Shown: piece after piece, positions 16,184 through 25,768 of the stretch
Layout: the number at the start of each line of letters is the position of its first letter
How positions within the stretch are numbered: position 1 is the first letter of the stretch
Source: a virus
Taxonomy: Duplodnaviria > Caudoviricetes
DNA: 49,373 nucleotides
Direction: 5' to 3' (one strand)
IMG/VR virus record: IMGVR_UViG_3300033067_000841
Span: 1-49,373 of that record
The notes under the pieces: generated by a model
Told to the model about the DNA's origin: nothing
Database searches by the model: none
The model's input: the letters and a program-made list of their open reading frames with translations, nothing else
Program-made: the position numbers and the translations under genes

Positions 16184-16308
16184 TACATGACAATGGTCTA
16201 TTTGCACACGATACCCGACAAACCAGAAAAAACAAAGGGTTAATTGTATGTTTTTGAATCATTTTCTGAGTTGCATTTATGCCACAGGTAGGGTAGGTTA
16301 TCAGGTAG

Positions 16309-16515
16309 GTGGAGGTTGCACTGGACACAAAGCTACGACCGATCCTTGAGCGGGCAAACGTTCCCCTCAAGCTGCGAGAGATCCGAAAGAACCTGCAAGA
16401 GCTGAAAGAGAAGTCTCCAAAGACACCGAAGGATGCCCTTAGGATCCAAAGGCTGGAGACATTGCTGCAGGACATGAAGGATGAATTTATATTTCTAGTT
16501 GTCGACAATAAATGA
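16309..16515 (+). CDS. Hypothetical protein
   Basis: ORF coupled (ATGA) to the polymerase. Confidence 0.5.
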   Translation: MEVALDTKLRPILERANVPLKLREIRKNLQELKEKSPKTPKDALRIQRLETLLQDMKDEFIFLVVDNK

Positions 16516-18371
16516 TTGTAGTATGCGATATCGAAACGGAAAGACTAGACGACCCACAGACTATCTGGTTGATCGTATGTAAAGAAGTCGACACAGGAAA
16601 AGTCCATGTCTTCCGACGACCCCAACAAAACCCCAAACCATTTCTTGACTTTGCTTCAAGGTGTACTGGGTTTGTTGGTCACAATTTCATTTCCTTTGAT
16701 CTTCGCGTACTTCGCAGGCTCCTGGACCTTAAGGTTCCTGACGAGTCTATTCTCGACACCCTAGTCGTCAGCCGTCTGCTCAACACCAACATCGAGGGTG
16801 GTCATAGCCTTGAGGCTTGGGGCCAGAGGCTTGGCTATCCTAAGATATCCTTTAATAACTTCTCTGAGTTCACTCAAGAGATGGAAGACTACTGTCTACA
16901 GGACGTAGAAACCAACTACCAATTATTCCTTAAGTTCAAACCTTACATCTATTCCAACATATGGAAGAAAGCACTACGACTAGAACATAACATGGCTTTC
17001 GTATGTGAGGATATGAAGGCTAATGGATTCTCTTTCAACACCACAAAAGCGGAAGAGCTATCTAAAGATATATATCTTAAGGTGCAGGCACTGGAGAACG
17101 AACTCCAGGCTGCATTTCCACCCCGCTCCCGATTGATCCGGGAGGTCACGCCAAGGGCCACCAAGCACGGCACGCTCCACCGTCAGGATTTCCGATGGCT
17201 GGAGTCAGGCGACCTCACTCCGTTTTCTGTCGGCTCGTCGTTCTCGCTTATCGAGTTCGTACCGTTCAATCCCAGGTCTCCCACCCAGGTGGTCGAGCGG
17301 ATGAACGAGGCGGGGTGGAAACCATTCGAAAAGACCAAGGGACATATTGTCGCAGAGAGGGAAGCAGACTTCGAAAAGCTCAAACACTACGAGGAATATG
17401 GGTGGCGAGTGACGGAGGCCAACCTCAACACCCTTCCTAAAGATGCTCCAGAAGCCTCTAGGAAGCTCGTAGAGTACCTAACTCTGTCGAACAGGTACTC
17501 CGTCCTTACCGAGTGGCTCAATGCCGTTGTACGGCCTTCTAATCGCATCCACGGTACCTTCAATGCGATCGGTGCGTGGACACACAGGATGTCACACGCA
17601 AGCCCTAACATGGCAAACATCCCCTCGGGGGATAGCCTGTACGCTCATGAGTTCCGATCCTTATGGACCGTTCCTGATGACCGGCTCCTGGTCGGAGTGG
17701 ACGCAGACGGTATCCAGCTACGGGTGCTCGCTCACTACATCAATGACGAGCGCTTCACCGCATCGCTGGTGTCGGGTGACAAGGCCCTAGGAACAGATCC
17801 CCATACCCTTAATATGAAGGCTCTTGGCTACGTATGCAAGGACAGGGATACTGCTAAGACGTTCATCTACGCCTGGCTCCTGGGTGCCGCTGCTCCCAAG
17901 ATCGCACAGATCCTGAGGTGCTCGGTGTCCGAAGCCAAGCAGGCAATGGCCAACTTCCTGGAGGCTTACCCTGGGCTCAAGCAGTTGAAGAAGAAGCAGA
18001 TTCCTCGGGATGCCAAGCGGGGTTACTTCGAGGGATTCGACGGACGCCTCGTCCTCTGCGACAGTGAGCACCTGATGCTCGCCGGTTACCTTCAGAACGG
18101 TGAAGCTACGATCATGAAGACTGCTAATTTGATCTGGCGAAAAAAGTTAAGGGACTTGGGTATCCCGTTTCGCCAGGTCAACTTCGTTCATGACGAATGG
18201 CAAACGGAGGTCCCAAATGATATGGCTCTAGCTGAGCAGGTAGCTGCTATCCAGGCAGACGCGATCAGAGAAGCGGGGGAGGTGCTGAACCTACGCTGCC
18301 CCATGGCGGGGAGCATCATGAACACCCACAAGAAGCTGGCCATCGGCCGCACATGGAGTGAAACGCACTAA
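16512..18371 (+). CDS. DNA polymerase family A with 3'-5' exonuclease (T7 gp5-like)
   Basis: Exo motifs 'DIET', 'GHNFISFD', 'YCLQDV'; motif A 'DADGIQLR', motif B 'RDTAKTFIY', motif C 'VHDE'. Confidence 0.95.
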   Translation: MIVVCDIETERLDDPQTIWLIVCKEVDTGKVHVFRRPQQNPKPFLDFASRCTGFVGHNFISFDLRVLRRLLDLKVPDESILDTLVVSRLLNTNIEGGHSLEAWGQRLGYPKISFNNFSEFTQEMEDYCLQDVETNYQLFLKFKPYIYSNIWKKALRLEHNMAFVCEDMKANGFSFNTTKAEELSKDIYLKVQALENELQAAFPPRSRLIREVTPRATKHGTLHRQDFRWLESGDLTPFSVGSSFSLIEFVPFNPRSPTQVVERMNEAGWKPFEKTKGHIVAEREADFEKLKHYEEYGWRVTEANLNTLPKDAPEASRKLVEYLTLSNRYSVLTEWLNAVVRPSNRIHGTFNAIGAWTHRMSHASPNMANIPSGDSLYAHEFRSLWTVPDDRLLVGVDADGIQLRVLAHYINDERFTASLVSGDKALGTDPHTLNMKALGYVCKDRDTAKTFIYAWLLGAAAPKIAQILRCSVSEAKQAMANFLEAYPGLKQLKKKQIPRDAKRGYFEGFDGRLVLCDSEHLMLAGYLQNGEATIMKTANLIWRKKLRDLGIPFRQVNFVHDEWQTEVPNDMALAEQVAAIQADAIREAGEVLNLRCPMAGSIMNTHKKLAIGRTWSETH

Positions 18372-18580
18372 TGAAAGTATACCAAGTCATCATCCAATAC
18401 CTGGAGCCAGTCGATGCAGCAGTGACACTGTATGCCAACTCCGAAGAGGAGGCTGTCAATCTCATCCGCAAGCAGTGGGCTGAGAACAACATTGAAGTGA
18501 AGATCATCGGTGTCGAGGAACTGGAGGATATCCCAACCATCGATGCCCATGACATTTCCAACGACCGAAAGATTAACTGA
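18371..18580 (+). CDS. Hypothetical protein
   Basis: TAATG-coupled ORF. Confidence 0.6.
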   Translation: MKVYQVIIQYLEPVDAAVTLYANSEEEAVNLIRKQWAENNIEVKIIGVEELEDIPTIDAHDISNDRKIN

Positions 18581-18589
18581 GGAATATTT

Positions 18590-19075
18590 ATGACTAAGGA
18601 AGTTTACGTCTCTGGTGTGGCTGAGTGGGCTCAGGTCAAGCGTCCCAACAAGTTCAACAACTGGTCGATCAACGTCTACACGGACAAGGCGACACGCAAG
18701 AGCTTGAAGGAGCTTGGCCTGCGAGCCAACCCCAAGGAAGGCAACGAGGAGTTCGGGGACGGTTGGTTCCTGACGTTCCGTCGTCCTACCCAGGCCACGT
18801 GGAAGGGCAAGTTGACGGAGCTCGATCCACCCAAGGTGGTGATGGCTGACGGTACCGTGTTCGATGGGCTCATCGGCAACGGCTCCAAGGTCACCGTGAA
18901 GCTGGAGATCTACGAGTACAACGGTGGCATCGATGCAGCAGGCAACCGCTACGAGGGTGGCAAGGCAGCCCGCCTCATCGGCGTCCGCATCGACGAGCTG
19001 GTGGAGTACGTTGCTCCTCAGGAGAACGAAACGGAAACACCAAAGGCCCTGGCAGTGGGTGGCATTCCCTTCTGA
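18590..19075 (+). CDS. Putative single-stranded DNA-binding protein (gp2.5-like)
   Basis: 'IGNGSKVTVKL', acidic tail ending in PF, position after the polymerase. Confidence 0.7.
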   Translation: MTKEVYVSGVAEWAQVKRPNKFNNWSINVYTDKATRKSLKELGLRANPKEGNEEFGDGWFLTFRRPTQATWKGKLTELDPPKVVMADGTVFDGLIGNGSKVTVKLEIYEYNGGIDAAGNRYEGGKAARLIGVRIDELVEYVAPQENETETPKALAVGGIPF

Positions 19076-19524
19076 TGGTTCTCCCGGCTCAGACCATCAG
19101 GCAGCTTGGCCTCGTCGAGCCCTTCATTGAGCGTACCAAGGTTAACGGCATGTCCGCTGGCCTTAGCTGCGCAGGGTACGACATCAGGATCGCCAACAAT
19201 GTGACCCTGGCCAGAGGTGAGTTCGCTCTGGGATCCACGATCGAACGCTTCAAGATGCCCAACAACGTGATCGGCATCGTCCACGACAAGAGCACATGGG
19301 CGAGGAGAGGACTGTCGGTCTTCAATACGGTCATTGAACCTGGGTGGGAAGGCTACCTCACCCTGGAGCTCGTCAGCCACTACCAATACGGACGCCTGGC
19401 CATCCGAGAAGGATCTCCTATAGCCCAGGTCGTGTTCCATTTCCTCTACGCACCTACTGAAAGTCCTTACCGAGGAAAGTACAACAATCAGGAGGCGGGG
19501 CCGCAACCTGCAAGGTTTGAATAA
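19075..19524 (+). CDS. dcd: dCTP deaminase / dUTPase family
   Basis: 'AGYDIR', 'DKSTWARRGL', 'IEPGWEGYLTLE', 'IAQVVF', 'YRGKY'. Confidence 0.85.
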   Translation: MVLPAQTIRQLGLVEPFIERTKVNGMSAGLSCAGYDIRIANNVTLARGEFALGSTIERFKMPNNVIGIVHDKSTWARRGLSVFNTVIEPGWEGYLTLELVSHYQYGRLAIREGSPIAQVVFHFLYAPTESPYRGKYNNQEAGPQPARFE

Positions 19525-19919
19525 TGACTTACAAACGTGCAAAACCTCGAACAAAATATGCCGGTGTCTATGGTATTGTTTGTAACGCAACTGGCTATGT
19601 CTATATCGGTTCTTCAAACGACATGACCAGTCGTTTCACACACCATCGCTTCTGCCTCCGACGAGGTTTACATAAGAACCGAAACCTCCAAAGCGCTTGG
19701 AACGTCTACGGTGAAGATGCTTTTTCATTTGTCCAACTAGAGCAATGCTCTAACTATCGAGAACGAGAAGACCAGCTGATCGCCGCCACGGACAAATGCT
19801 TTAATATCGGACAATTCCGTGGCCCTTCCATCAACAGTAAGTTCGCTGCTATCAAGCGGTGGGCTAGCCCAGAATACAGGATGAAACAGCAACTTGCTCG
19901 ACAAGCCTCAACCCACTAA
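19524..19919 (+). CDS. GIY-YIG homing-type endonuclease
   Basis: 'GVYGI...VYIGSS...SRFTHH...LQSAWNVYG'. Confidence 0.85.
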   Translation: MTYKRAKPRTKYAGVYGIVCNATGYVYIGSSNDMTSRFTHHRFCLRRGLHKNRNLQSAWNVYGEDAFSFVQLEQCSNYREREDQLIAATDKCFNIGQFRGPSINSKFAAIKRWASPEYRMKQQLARQASTH

Positions 19920-20784
19920 ATCAATCGACACACTAGTTTCTGATATTTATGACCTATTTCAAACTCCTAAACAGTTCGACTCAGCTAACGTGGAAGCTTT
20001 TGGTAAGCGACTAGCTGAACATATTACTAATCGAATCTCTGAAGAGCGAGGCGTACCAACACTACGTCTCTCTAACCTAGGTACCCCATGTGAGCGCAAA
20101 CTTTGGTACACTATTAATACCCCCTATGATGGTGAGAAGCTTCCTCCAGAAGCTCGCATCAAATTTTTGTACGGTGATGTCCTCGAAGAACTCCTACTGT
20201 TCCTGGCTAAGGAAGCAGGGCATACCGTCACTGGCCAACAAGACGAGGTAGAGATCAATGGGGTCATCGGCCATAGGGATGCTGTCGTCGACGGTCGGGT
20301 TGTGGATGTCAAGTCTGCTAGTAGCTACAGCTTTAAAAAGTTTCAGGACAACGGGCTCCGAAGTGACGACCCGTTCGGTTATCTCACTCAGCTTGGGACT
20401 TACCTTGCTGCAAGTAAACACGATAACTCTGTTACTGAGACTGATGTCGCCTCCTTCCTAGTCATCGACAAGCAACTAGGCAAGATCACTCTTGACACAT
20501 ATGCGTTTGGTGATGTAGATTACCAGACGATGGTAGAGCAGAAGCGAGAGATGCTTGCTCAACCAGAGCCCCCTCCCCGTACATACGATGATGAACCTGA
20601 GGGCAAGAGCGGCAATCGTGCTCTATGCGTCCAGTGTTCCTACTGCCCCTTCAAGCACAAGTGCTGGCCTGGGGTGCGTACGTTCCTCTACTCCAACGGT
20701 CCTACATTCCTGACCAAGGTGGAGAGGCAGCCTCGTGTCGTCGAGGTGGGCAAGGACGGCAAGATTGTAAACGAGATTTCATGA
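19894..20784 (+). CDS. PD-(D/E)XK / Cas4-like exonuclease
   Basis: 'LRLSNLGTPCERKLWY', 'GHRD...VDVKS', 'QLGTY', 'CSYCPFKHKCW'. Confidence 0.85.
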   Translation: MLDKPQPTKSIDTLVSDIYDLFQTPKQFDSANVEAFGKRLAEHITNRISEERGVPTLRLSNLGTPCERKLWYTINTPYDGEKLPPEARIKFLYGDVLEELLLFLAKEAGHTVTGQQDEVEINGVIGHRDAVVDGRVVDVKSASSYSFKKFQDNGLRSDDPFGYLTQLGTYLAASKHDNSVTETDVASFLVIDKQLGKITLDTYAFGDVDYQTMVEQKREMLAQPEPPPRTYDDEPEGKSGNRALCVQCSYCPFKHKCWPGVRTFLYSNGPTFLTKVERQPRVVEVGKDGKIVNEIS

Positions 20785-21182
20785 CACGTTTCAATATTAA
20801 TAGCATTCCAGAATCCAGAGGCAAGTTCGAGAGGGAGGTAGCCAAGGCTTTCCTCCACATGCAGACGGAGTTCAAGTTTGATTTCGACTATGAGAGTGAT
20901 CGTCTCTCTTATTACACTACTCATTATTATACTCCTGATTGGAGTGTCACTCTTCCAAGCGGCAAATCTTTTTACGTCGAATCGAAGGGATATCTCGATA
21001 GCCACGATCGTCGGGTACTTCGTGCAGTCAAGTCCCAGCATCCCGACCTTGATCTGCGGCTCCTCTTCCAACGGAACAATGCCCTCTACAAGGGCAGCCC
21101 CAGCAAGTACAGCGACTGGGCAGAACGGCTAGGATTCCCCTGGTGTGTCGGTGCCATTCCCAAGGAGTGGCTCAGTGAGTAA
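20781..21182 (+). CDS. Endonuclease I / Holliday junction resolvase (T7 gp3-like)
   Basis: 'RGKFE', 'YTPDW', 'YVESKG', 'YSDWAERLGF'; ATG at 20781. Confidence 0.85.
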   Translation: MTRFNINSIPESRGKFEREVAKAFLHMQTEFKFDFDYESDRLSYYTTHYYTPDWSVTLPSGKSFYVESKGYLDSHDRRVLRAVKSQHPDLDLRLLFQRNNALYKGSPSKYSDWAERLGFPWCVGAIPKEWLSE

Positions 21183-21942
21183 GGTTCACCTTGTTATCCC
21201 AGATAGTCATTCTCATCCACAACATAACAATAGCCGCGCTGATTGGCTGTCTCGTCTTATTATTGATATACGGCCTGATGTGGTTATTCATATTGGCGAT
21301 TCTGCTGACCTCCCCTCCCTAAGCAGCTACGACAAAGGCAAGAGATCTTTTCATGGACGAACCTACCGAGCAGACATCGACTCCCACCTTGAGTTTCAAG
21401 ATCGAGTCTGGGACCCTGTGGTTAGACGAAAGAAACGGCTTCCGCATCGAGTGTTCTGTATCGGGAATCATGAACAACGAATCGAGAAAGCTCTCGATCT
21501 CAGTCCCGAACTATCTGGAACTATCGGCATGGAAGACCTATGTCTTTCCCGGTGGTACGATCAAGTTGTCCCCTACGTCGGATCTACCCCAGGAGTAATT
21601 GAAATCGATGGTGTCCATTACGCTCACTATTTCGTCTCTGGTGTTATGGGGCGGCCTATTGGTGGCGAACATCCTGCTTTTAGTCTTGTCACTAAGCAGC
21701 TGGTATCATGTACCGCTGGCCACCTACATCTTAGTGACCAGTGCATCCGTACTACTGTTACTGGTCGAAAGGTTATGGGTGCCATTGTGGGCTGCTATCA
21801 AGACTATGATTCACCCTGGGCTGGGGAAGTGAACAAGCTCTGGTGGCGTGGTGTCCTCGTCAAGAGGAACGTGGAGAACGGTACCTATGATCCAGAATGG
21901 ATTTCGATAGATCAGTTGAGGAGGGCGTATGGATCCAATTGA
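21175..21942 (+). CDS. Calcineurin-like metallophosphoesterase
   Basis: 'IPDSH', 'IGDSAD', 'GNHE', 'GHLH'; GTG at 21175 after AAGGAG. Confidence 0.85.
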   Translation: MSKVHLVIPDSHSHPQHNNSRADWLSRLIIDIRPDVVIHIGDSADLPSLSSYDKGKRSFHGRTYRADIDSHLEFQDRVWDPVVRRKKRLPHRVFCIGNHEQRIEKALDLSPELSGTIGMEDLCLSRWYDQVVPYVGSTPGVIEIDGVHYAHYFVSGVMGRPIGGEHPAFSLVTKQLVSCTAGHLHLSDQCIRTTVTGRKVMGAIVGCYQDYDSPWAGEVNKLWWRGVLVKRNVENGTYDPEWISIDQLRRAYGSN

Positions 21943-22090
21943 CGAGTGGTTGATTGAACGAGTGACAAGATATTTCGATCGATACGATTTCAACGACCTC
22001 CTTGAGTTCAATGAGTTTGAAGACGTAAAAGATCTAGTGATTGAATTGGTGAAGGATGGGTACCTCCTACTCCCAGAAGACCTGGAATGA
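21929..22090 (+). CDS. Small acidic hypothetical protein (53 aa)
   Basis: GAGGAGG RBS; MDPIDEWLIERV...LPEDLE*; not in the ORF track. Confidence 0.6.
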   Translation: MDPIDEWLIERVTRYFDRYDFNDLLEFNEFEDVKDLVIELVKDGYLLLPEDLE

Positions 22091-22259
22091 GCGCAAGCGC
22101 TCCCGGAACGACATAGCCCGACACCTCAATGAGGAACGAGATGGTCTCTACCGTCTCCGTGTCGAAGAACTGAAGACCAAGAGACCCCGCAAGCGGCTAC
22201 GTCCAACGGATCTTCAGAATCTCTCTCCAGAAGAAATGGACGAACTAGCTGATGAATGA
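22056..22259 (+). CDS. Small basic hypothetical protein
   Basis: ORF track; 'RNDIARHL...YRLRV'. Confidence 0.5.
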   Translation: MGTSYSQKTWNERKRSRNDIARHLNEERDGLYRLRVEELKTKRPRKRLRPTDLQNLSPEEMDELADE

Positions 22260-22455
22260 CAAAGTTACAACCAAGACCATCCGCATGAGCTACGACAACT
22301 TCGAAGCAGCGATCACCTCCTTCCTCTACTCTGTCGGTGCTCTTCACGACGACGAGGAAGTCCTCGCGAGCGACTTCGGAGTTGAGCTCTTCGGGGACGA
22401 GGACGACCCCATGGTGGAGTTCGAACTCGATATCATGAAAGTCCAGGGCAATTGA
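22252..22455 (+). CDS. Small acidic hypothetical protein
   Basis: Coupled ORF in the operon. Confidence 0.6.
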   Translation: MNDKVTTKTIRMSYDNFEAAITSFLYSVGALHDDEEVLASDFGVELFGDEDDPMVEFELDIMKVQGN

Positions 22456-23159
22456 TCACAGCCACACTAACTCACCACATGGGGGATGACCTCACTGTGG
22501 TCGATGCTGCAAGGGTAAGCTTCGATAAAGAAAGTGAATGGGCTATCGATGAATACGACGGTTGTTTTATCAGGGGTAAACTCTCCGACAAAGATACCAA
22601 GCTCATCCACTACCTTGCCAAGCACAACCACTGGTCACCCTTCGCGCATGCCACTGCGCAGTTCCGAGTGTCCGCTCCTGTTTTCGTGGCCCGCCAGTTG
22701 CAGAAGCACACTGTTGGTCTTGCATGGAATGAGGTTTCTCGACGCTACGTTGATTCAGAGCCTACGTTTTACACGCCTGAGACGTGGCGCAAACGTGCGG
22801 AGAATGTGAAGCAGGGGAGTAGTGAGGAGGCTGTACCTGAAGAGATTGTAGGAGAAGACGAACACGGTCGCTACACATATCATGTTAAAGACTCCTACAA
22901 TAATTGTATAGCGGTTGCTCTAAATTATTACAATGCAATGTTAGAGCATGGTGTCTGCCCTGAGCAGGCCCGCATGATCCTACCCCAGTCGATGATGACC
23001 GAGTGGATCTGGACAGGCTCCCTCTACGCCTTCGCCAGGGTGTGCAAGCTACGCCTAGATTCCCATACACAAAAGGAGACGCAACTGGTAGCTCAGCAGA
23101 TCTCTGAGCAGATGAAGAAATTGTTCCCTGTATCTTGGAGTGCTTTGATTGATGGATAG
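22452..23159 (+). CDS. thyX: Flavin-dependent thymidylate synthase
   Basis: 'VVDAARVSF', 'HWSPFAH', 'ARQLQKH...NEVSRRY', 'EQARMILP'. Confidence 0.95.
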   Translation: MITATLTHHMGDDLTVVDAARVSFDKESEWAIDEYDGCFIRGKLSDKDTKLIHYLAKHNHWSPFAHATAQFRVSAPVFVARQLQKHTVGLAWNEVSRRYVDSEPTFYTPETWRKRAENVKQGSSEEAVPEEIVGEDEHGRYTYHVKDSYNNCIAVALNYYNAMLEHGVCPEQARMILPQSMMTEWIWTGSLYAFARVCKLRLDSHTQKETQLVAQQISEQMKKLFPVSWSALIDG

Positions 23160-23607
23160 ACTTAACAATTATGTTTTACCAGTTCTGCTTTCTCTTTTTC
23201 TATTTTTTGGTAGTGTATTTTTTGCTACGAAAAGCTTCGGTGCTACCCCTGGGCAAGCCATCGCGGCTATCGCCGCTCCACCCCCTGGCTCTTTCAACGG
23301 AATCCTTTCTCAGAACTTTCAATGCACGCACGAGAAGGAAACTGACGTTGTCGCCGCGTTGGGTGAAGGCATTGTCTTTCGGGGTCCTGCTCTCCGCGCT
23401 TTCCTTAATTCTCTACGTGACATTAGCGGCCAGGAAGCTCCCGATATGACCCACATGCGGGTCTACAAGCCAGAGCCGGAGAAGTACGGCAACAAGACCT
23501 GGCTGCTGGTGGCCTTCAAGGATGGCTGTGTCCAGGGTGCTGCCCATCTCCCCGATGAAATGATGAACCAGTTGCTGCGGAGGGCAAAGAACGATGCCTC
23601 CTCGTAA
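23152..23607 (+). CDS. Exported / membrane-anchored hypothetical protein
   Basis: N-terminal hydrophobic stretch. Confidence 0.6.
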   Translation: MDRLNNYVLPVLLSLFLFFGSVFFATKSFGATPGQAIAAIAAPPPGSFNGILSQNFQCTHEKETDVVAALGEGIVFRGPALRAFLNSLRDISGQEAPDMTHMRVYKPEPEKYGNKTWLLVAFKDGCVQGAAHLPDEMMNQLLRRAKNDASS

Positions 23608-23848
23608 GCGAGACTACAAGAAGGAGTACGCCGACTACCAGGGTACGCCAGAGCAGATCAAGCGGCGTACAGAGCGCAACAAGGATCGCAGGGCAGCCGA
23701 GAGGCGCCTGGGCAAGGCTGCTCTCAAGGGCAAGGAGGTCGATCATCTGGGTTCCCACAGGACCGGAAGCCTCGCTGGCGTTCCAACTAAGGTTGTGTCT
23801 AAGCGCGCCAACAGGATTCGCCAACCGGATCGGGGTAAGAAAGGCTGA
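23594..23848 (+). CDS. Small basic HNH-like protein
   Basis: 'RDYKKEY...KEVDH...SKRANR'. Confidence 0.6.
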   Translation: MPPRKRDYKKEYADYQGTPEQIKRRTERNKDRRAAERRLGKAALKGKEVDHLGSHRTGSLAGVPTKVVSKRANRIRQPDRGKKG

Positions 23849-24060
23849 TGCCTCTTCGTGCTATACGTGAAGACCCGCTTTTAGCTTTCAATGTCTGGAG
23901 GTCGATGCACAAACGCTGCAAAGATCCTAAGACAAATGGCTATAGCCGGTACGGAGCAAAGGGGATCACCGTCGATGAACGGTGGTCCTCATATGAACAA
24001 TTCATTGCAGACATGGGACCTACCGGACCTAAGCGTAGTAGAGGTAATTTATTTGTATAA
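23848..24060 (+). pseudogene. Truncated HNH homing endonuclease
   Basis: 'WRSMHKRC...YSRYGAKGITVDERWSSYEQFIADMG' is the N-terminal half; the LDRIDN...N catalytic part is missing. Confidence 0.65.
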
Positions 24061-24076
24061 TTCGTCTCTCGGGAAG

Positions 24077-25768
24077 ATGTTCCGATCCAAACTGTCGGAA
24101 GACATTTTCTCATATAAATACAAGCAGCCCGGCGCCGAGACATGGGAAGATCTCTGTACTACCTTGGTAAACAAGGTGTGTGGTGACACTCTTCAAGACG
24201 GTCTACCCGTCATGTCGAAAGACGATCGAGACACACTCATTCGATATATGCAGCGTGGTCTCTTTATCCCGGGCGGTCGCTATCTCTACTACTCCAATAG
24301 GCCAGTTCGATACTGGAACAATTGCTTTCTACTAAAGGCTGAAGAGGACACACGTGAGGACTGGGCTAATCTCAGCTGGAAGTCTGAGTCTTGTCTTATT
24401 ACTGGCGGTGGGATCGGTATTGATTATTCCACATACCGACCGGAAGGGTCCCCAATTCGGCGCACTGGAGGCGTGGCCAGTGGCCCTATTCCCAAGATGC
24501 AGATGGTCAATGAAATTGGTAGACGGGTCATGCAGGGTGGAGCTCGACGCTCTGCCATCTATGCCAGCCTCAACTGGCAGCACCCCGACATTCAAAAGTT
24601 CCTCACCGCGAAGGACTGGCACAACCAGGTCATTGCCGGAGCCCGTAAGGAAGACGGATCCGTATTCACGGTGGCAGATGCCAAGCTACAATCCTTTGAC
24701 TATCCCGCTCCCCTAGACATGACCAACATCTCAGCCAACTACGACACCGAGTGGCTGATGCAGTACATGAAGACAGGCAAGCCTGGCGAGGTGTTCCTCA
24801 AGAACGTTGAGCAGGCTCTGCGCACAGGGGAACCTGGCTTCTCGTTCAACTTCTTCGACAAGGAAAATGAGACACTACGTAACGCTTGCACTGAAGTTAC
24901 CAGTGCTGATGATTCTGATGTTTGTAACCTTGGCTCTGTCAATCTTAGCCGCATTGAGTCTGTCGGTGAGCTGGCTGCTGTTGTGGAGCTGGGAACAAAG
25001 TTCCTTCTTTACGGAACGCTGCGTGCGGAACTCCCTTACGATAAGATCTACACTGTTCGGCAAAAGAATAGGCGACTTGGTCTGGGGCTCATGGGAATCC
25101 ATGAATGGCTTATCCGTCGTGGTCATCGCTACGAGGTGGTGCCGGAACTCCACCAATGGTTGTCTGTCTACAAGGGGGTAAGTGATCATGTCAGCAAAGA
25201 CACAGCAGATAAGCTTGGAGTATCGCGACCTGTTGCGAATCGAGCAATCGCTCCTACTGGAACTATTGGGATGCTTGCTGGCACGACAACCGGAATCGAG
25301 CCCGTATACGCAGTCAGTTACAAACGTCGATATCTCGTGGAAGGTAAGCGATGGAAGTACCAGTACGCTGTCGATAGCGTGGCCCAGGACCTCATCAAGG
25401 ATGGAGTCAAGCCCGAAGCAATTGAATCTGCCATTGATCTAGCAAAAGATTATGAACGACGAATCAAGTTTCAAGCCGACGTACAGGATTACGTGGACAT
25501 GGCCATCAGTTCTACCATCAACCTACCAGCGTTCGGAACCAAAGAAAACAACCCCGACACCGTGGGTAATTTCGCTACCGTACTTGCTCGATACGCCTCA
25601 CGGCTACGCGGCTTTACATGCTACCCAGACGGAGCCCGAGGTGGACAACCCCTTACTTCAGTCCCCTACACAGAAGCCGTTACGCGACTCGGAACTGAGT
25701 TCGAGGAACATATCGAAGGAAACGACGTCTGCGACATCACCGGAAAGGGTGGCTCATGTGGGATCTGA
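24077..25768 (+). CDS. nrdJ: Class II (adenosylcobalamin-dependent) ribonucleotide reductase
   Basis: 'PGGRYL', 'NNCF', 'NACTE', 'CNLGSVNL', 'IAPTGT' and a C-terminal Cys pair; no beta subunit seen; start may be slightly upstream. Confidence 0.85.
   Translation: MFRSKLSEDIFSYKYKQPGAETWEDLCTTLVNKVCGDTLQDGLPVMSKDDRDTLIRYMQRGLFIPGGRYLYYSNRPVRYWNNCFLLKAEEDTREDWANLSWKSESCLITGGGIGIDYSTYRPEGSPIRRTGGVASGPIPKMQMVNEIGRRVMQGGARRSAIYASLNWQHPDIQKFLTAKDWHNQVIAGARKEDGSVFTVADAKLQSFDYPAPLDMTNISANYDTEWLMQYMKTGKPGEVFLKNVEQALRTGEPGFSFNFFDKENETLRNACTEVTSADDSDVCNLGSVNLSRIESVGELAAVVELGTKFLLYGTLRAELPYDKIYTVRQKNRRLGLGLMGIHEWLIRRGHRYEVVPELHQWLSVYKGVSDHVSKDTADKLGVSRPVANRAIAPTGTIGMLAGTTTGIEPVYAVSYKRRYLVEGKRWKYQYAVDSVAQDLIKDGVKPEAIESAIDLAKDYERRIKFQADVQDYVDMAISSTINLPAFGTKENNPDTVGNFATVLARYASRLRGFTCYPDGARGGQPLTSVPYTEAVTRLGTEFEEHIEGNDVCDITGKGGSCGI

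Noticed and set aside
16184-16308. tRNA-like or dif-like att core
   Set aside because: No recognisable tRNA 3' end or XerC/D consensus; attP remains a positional guess
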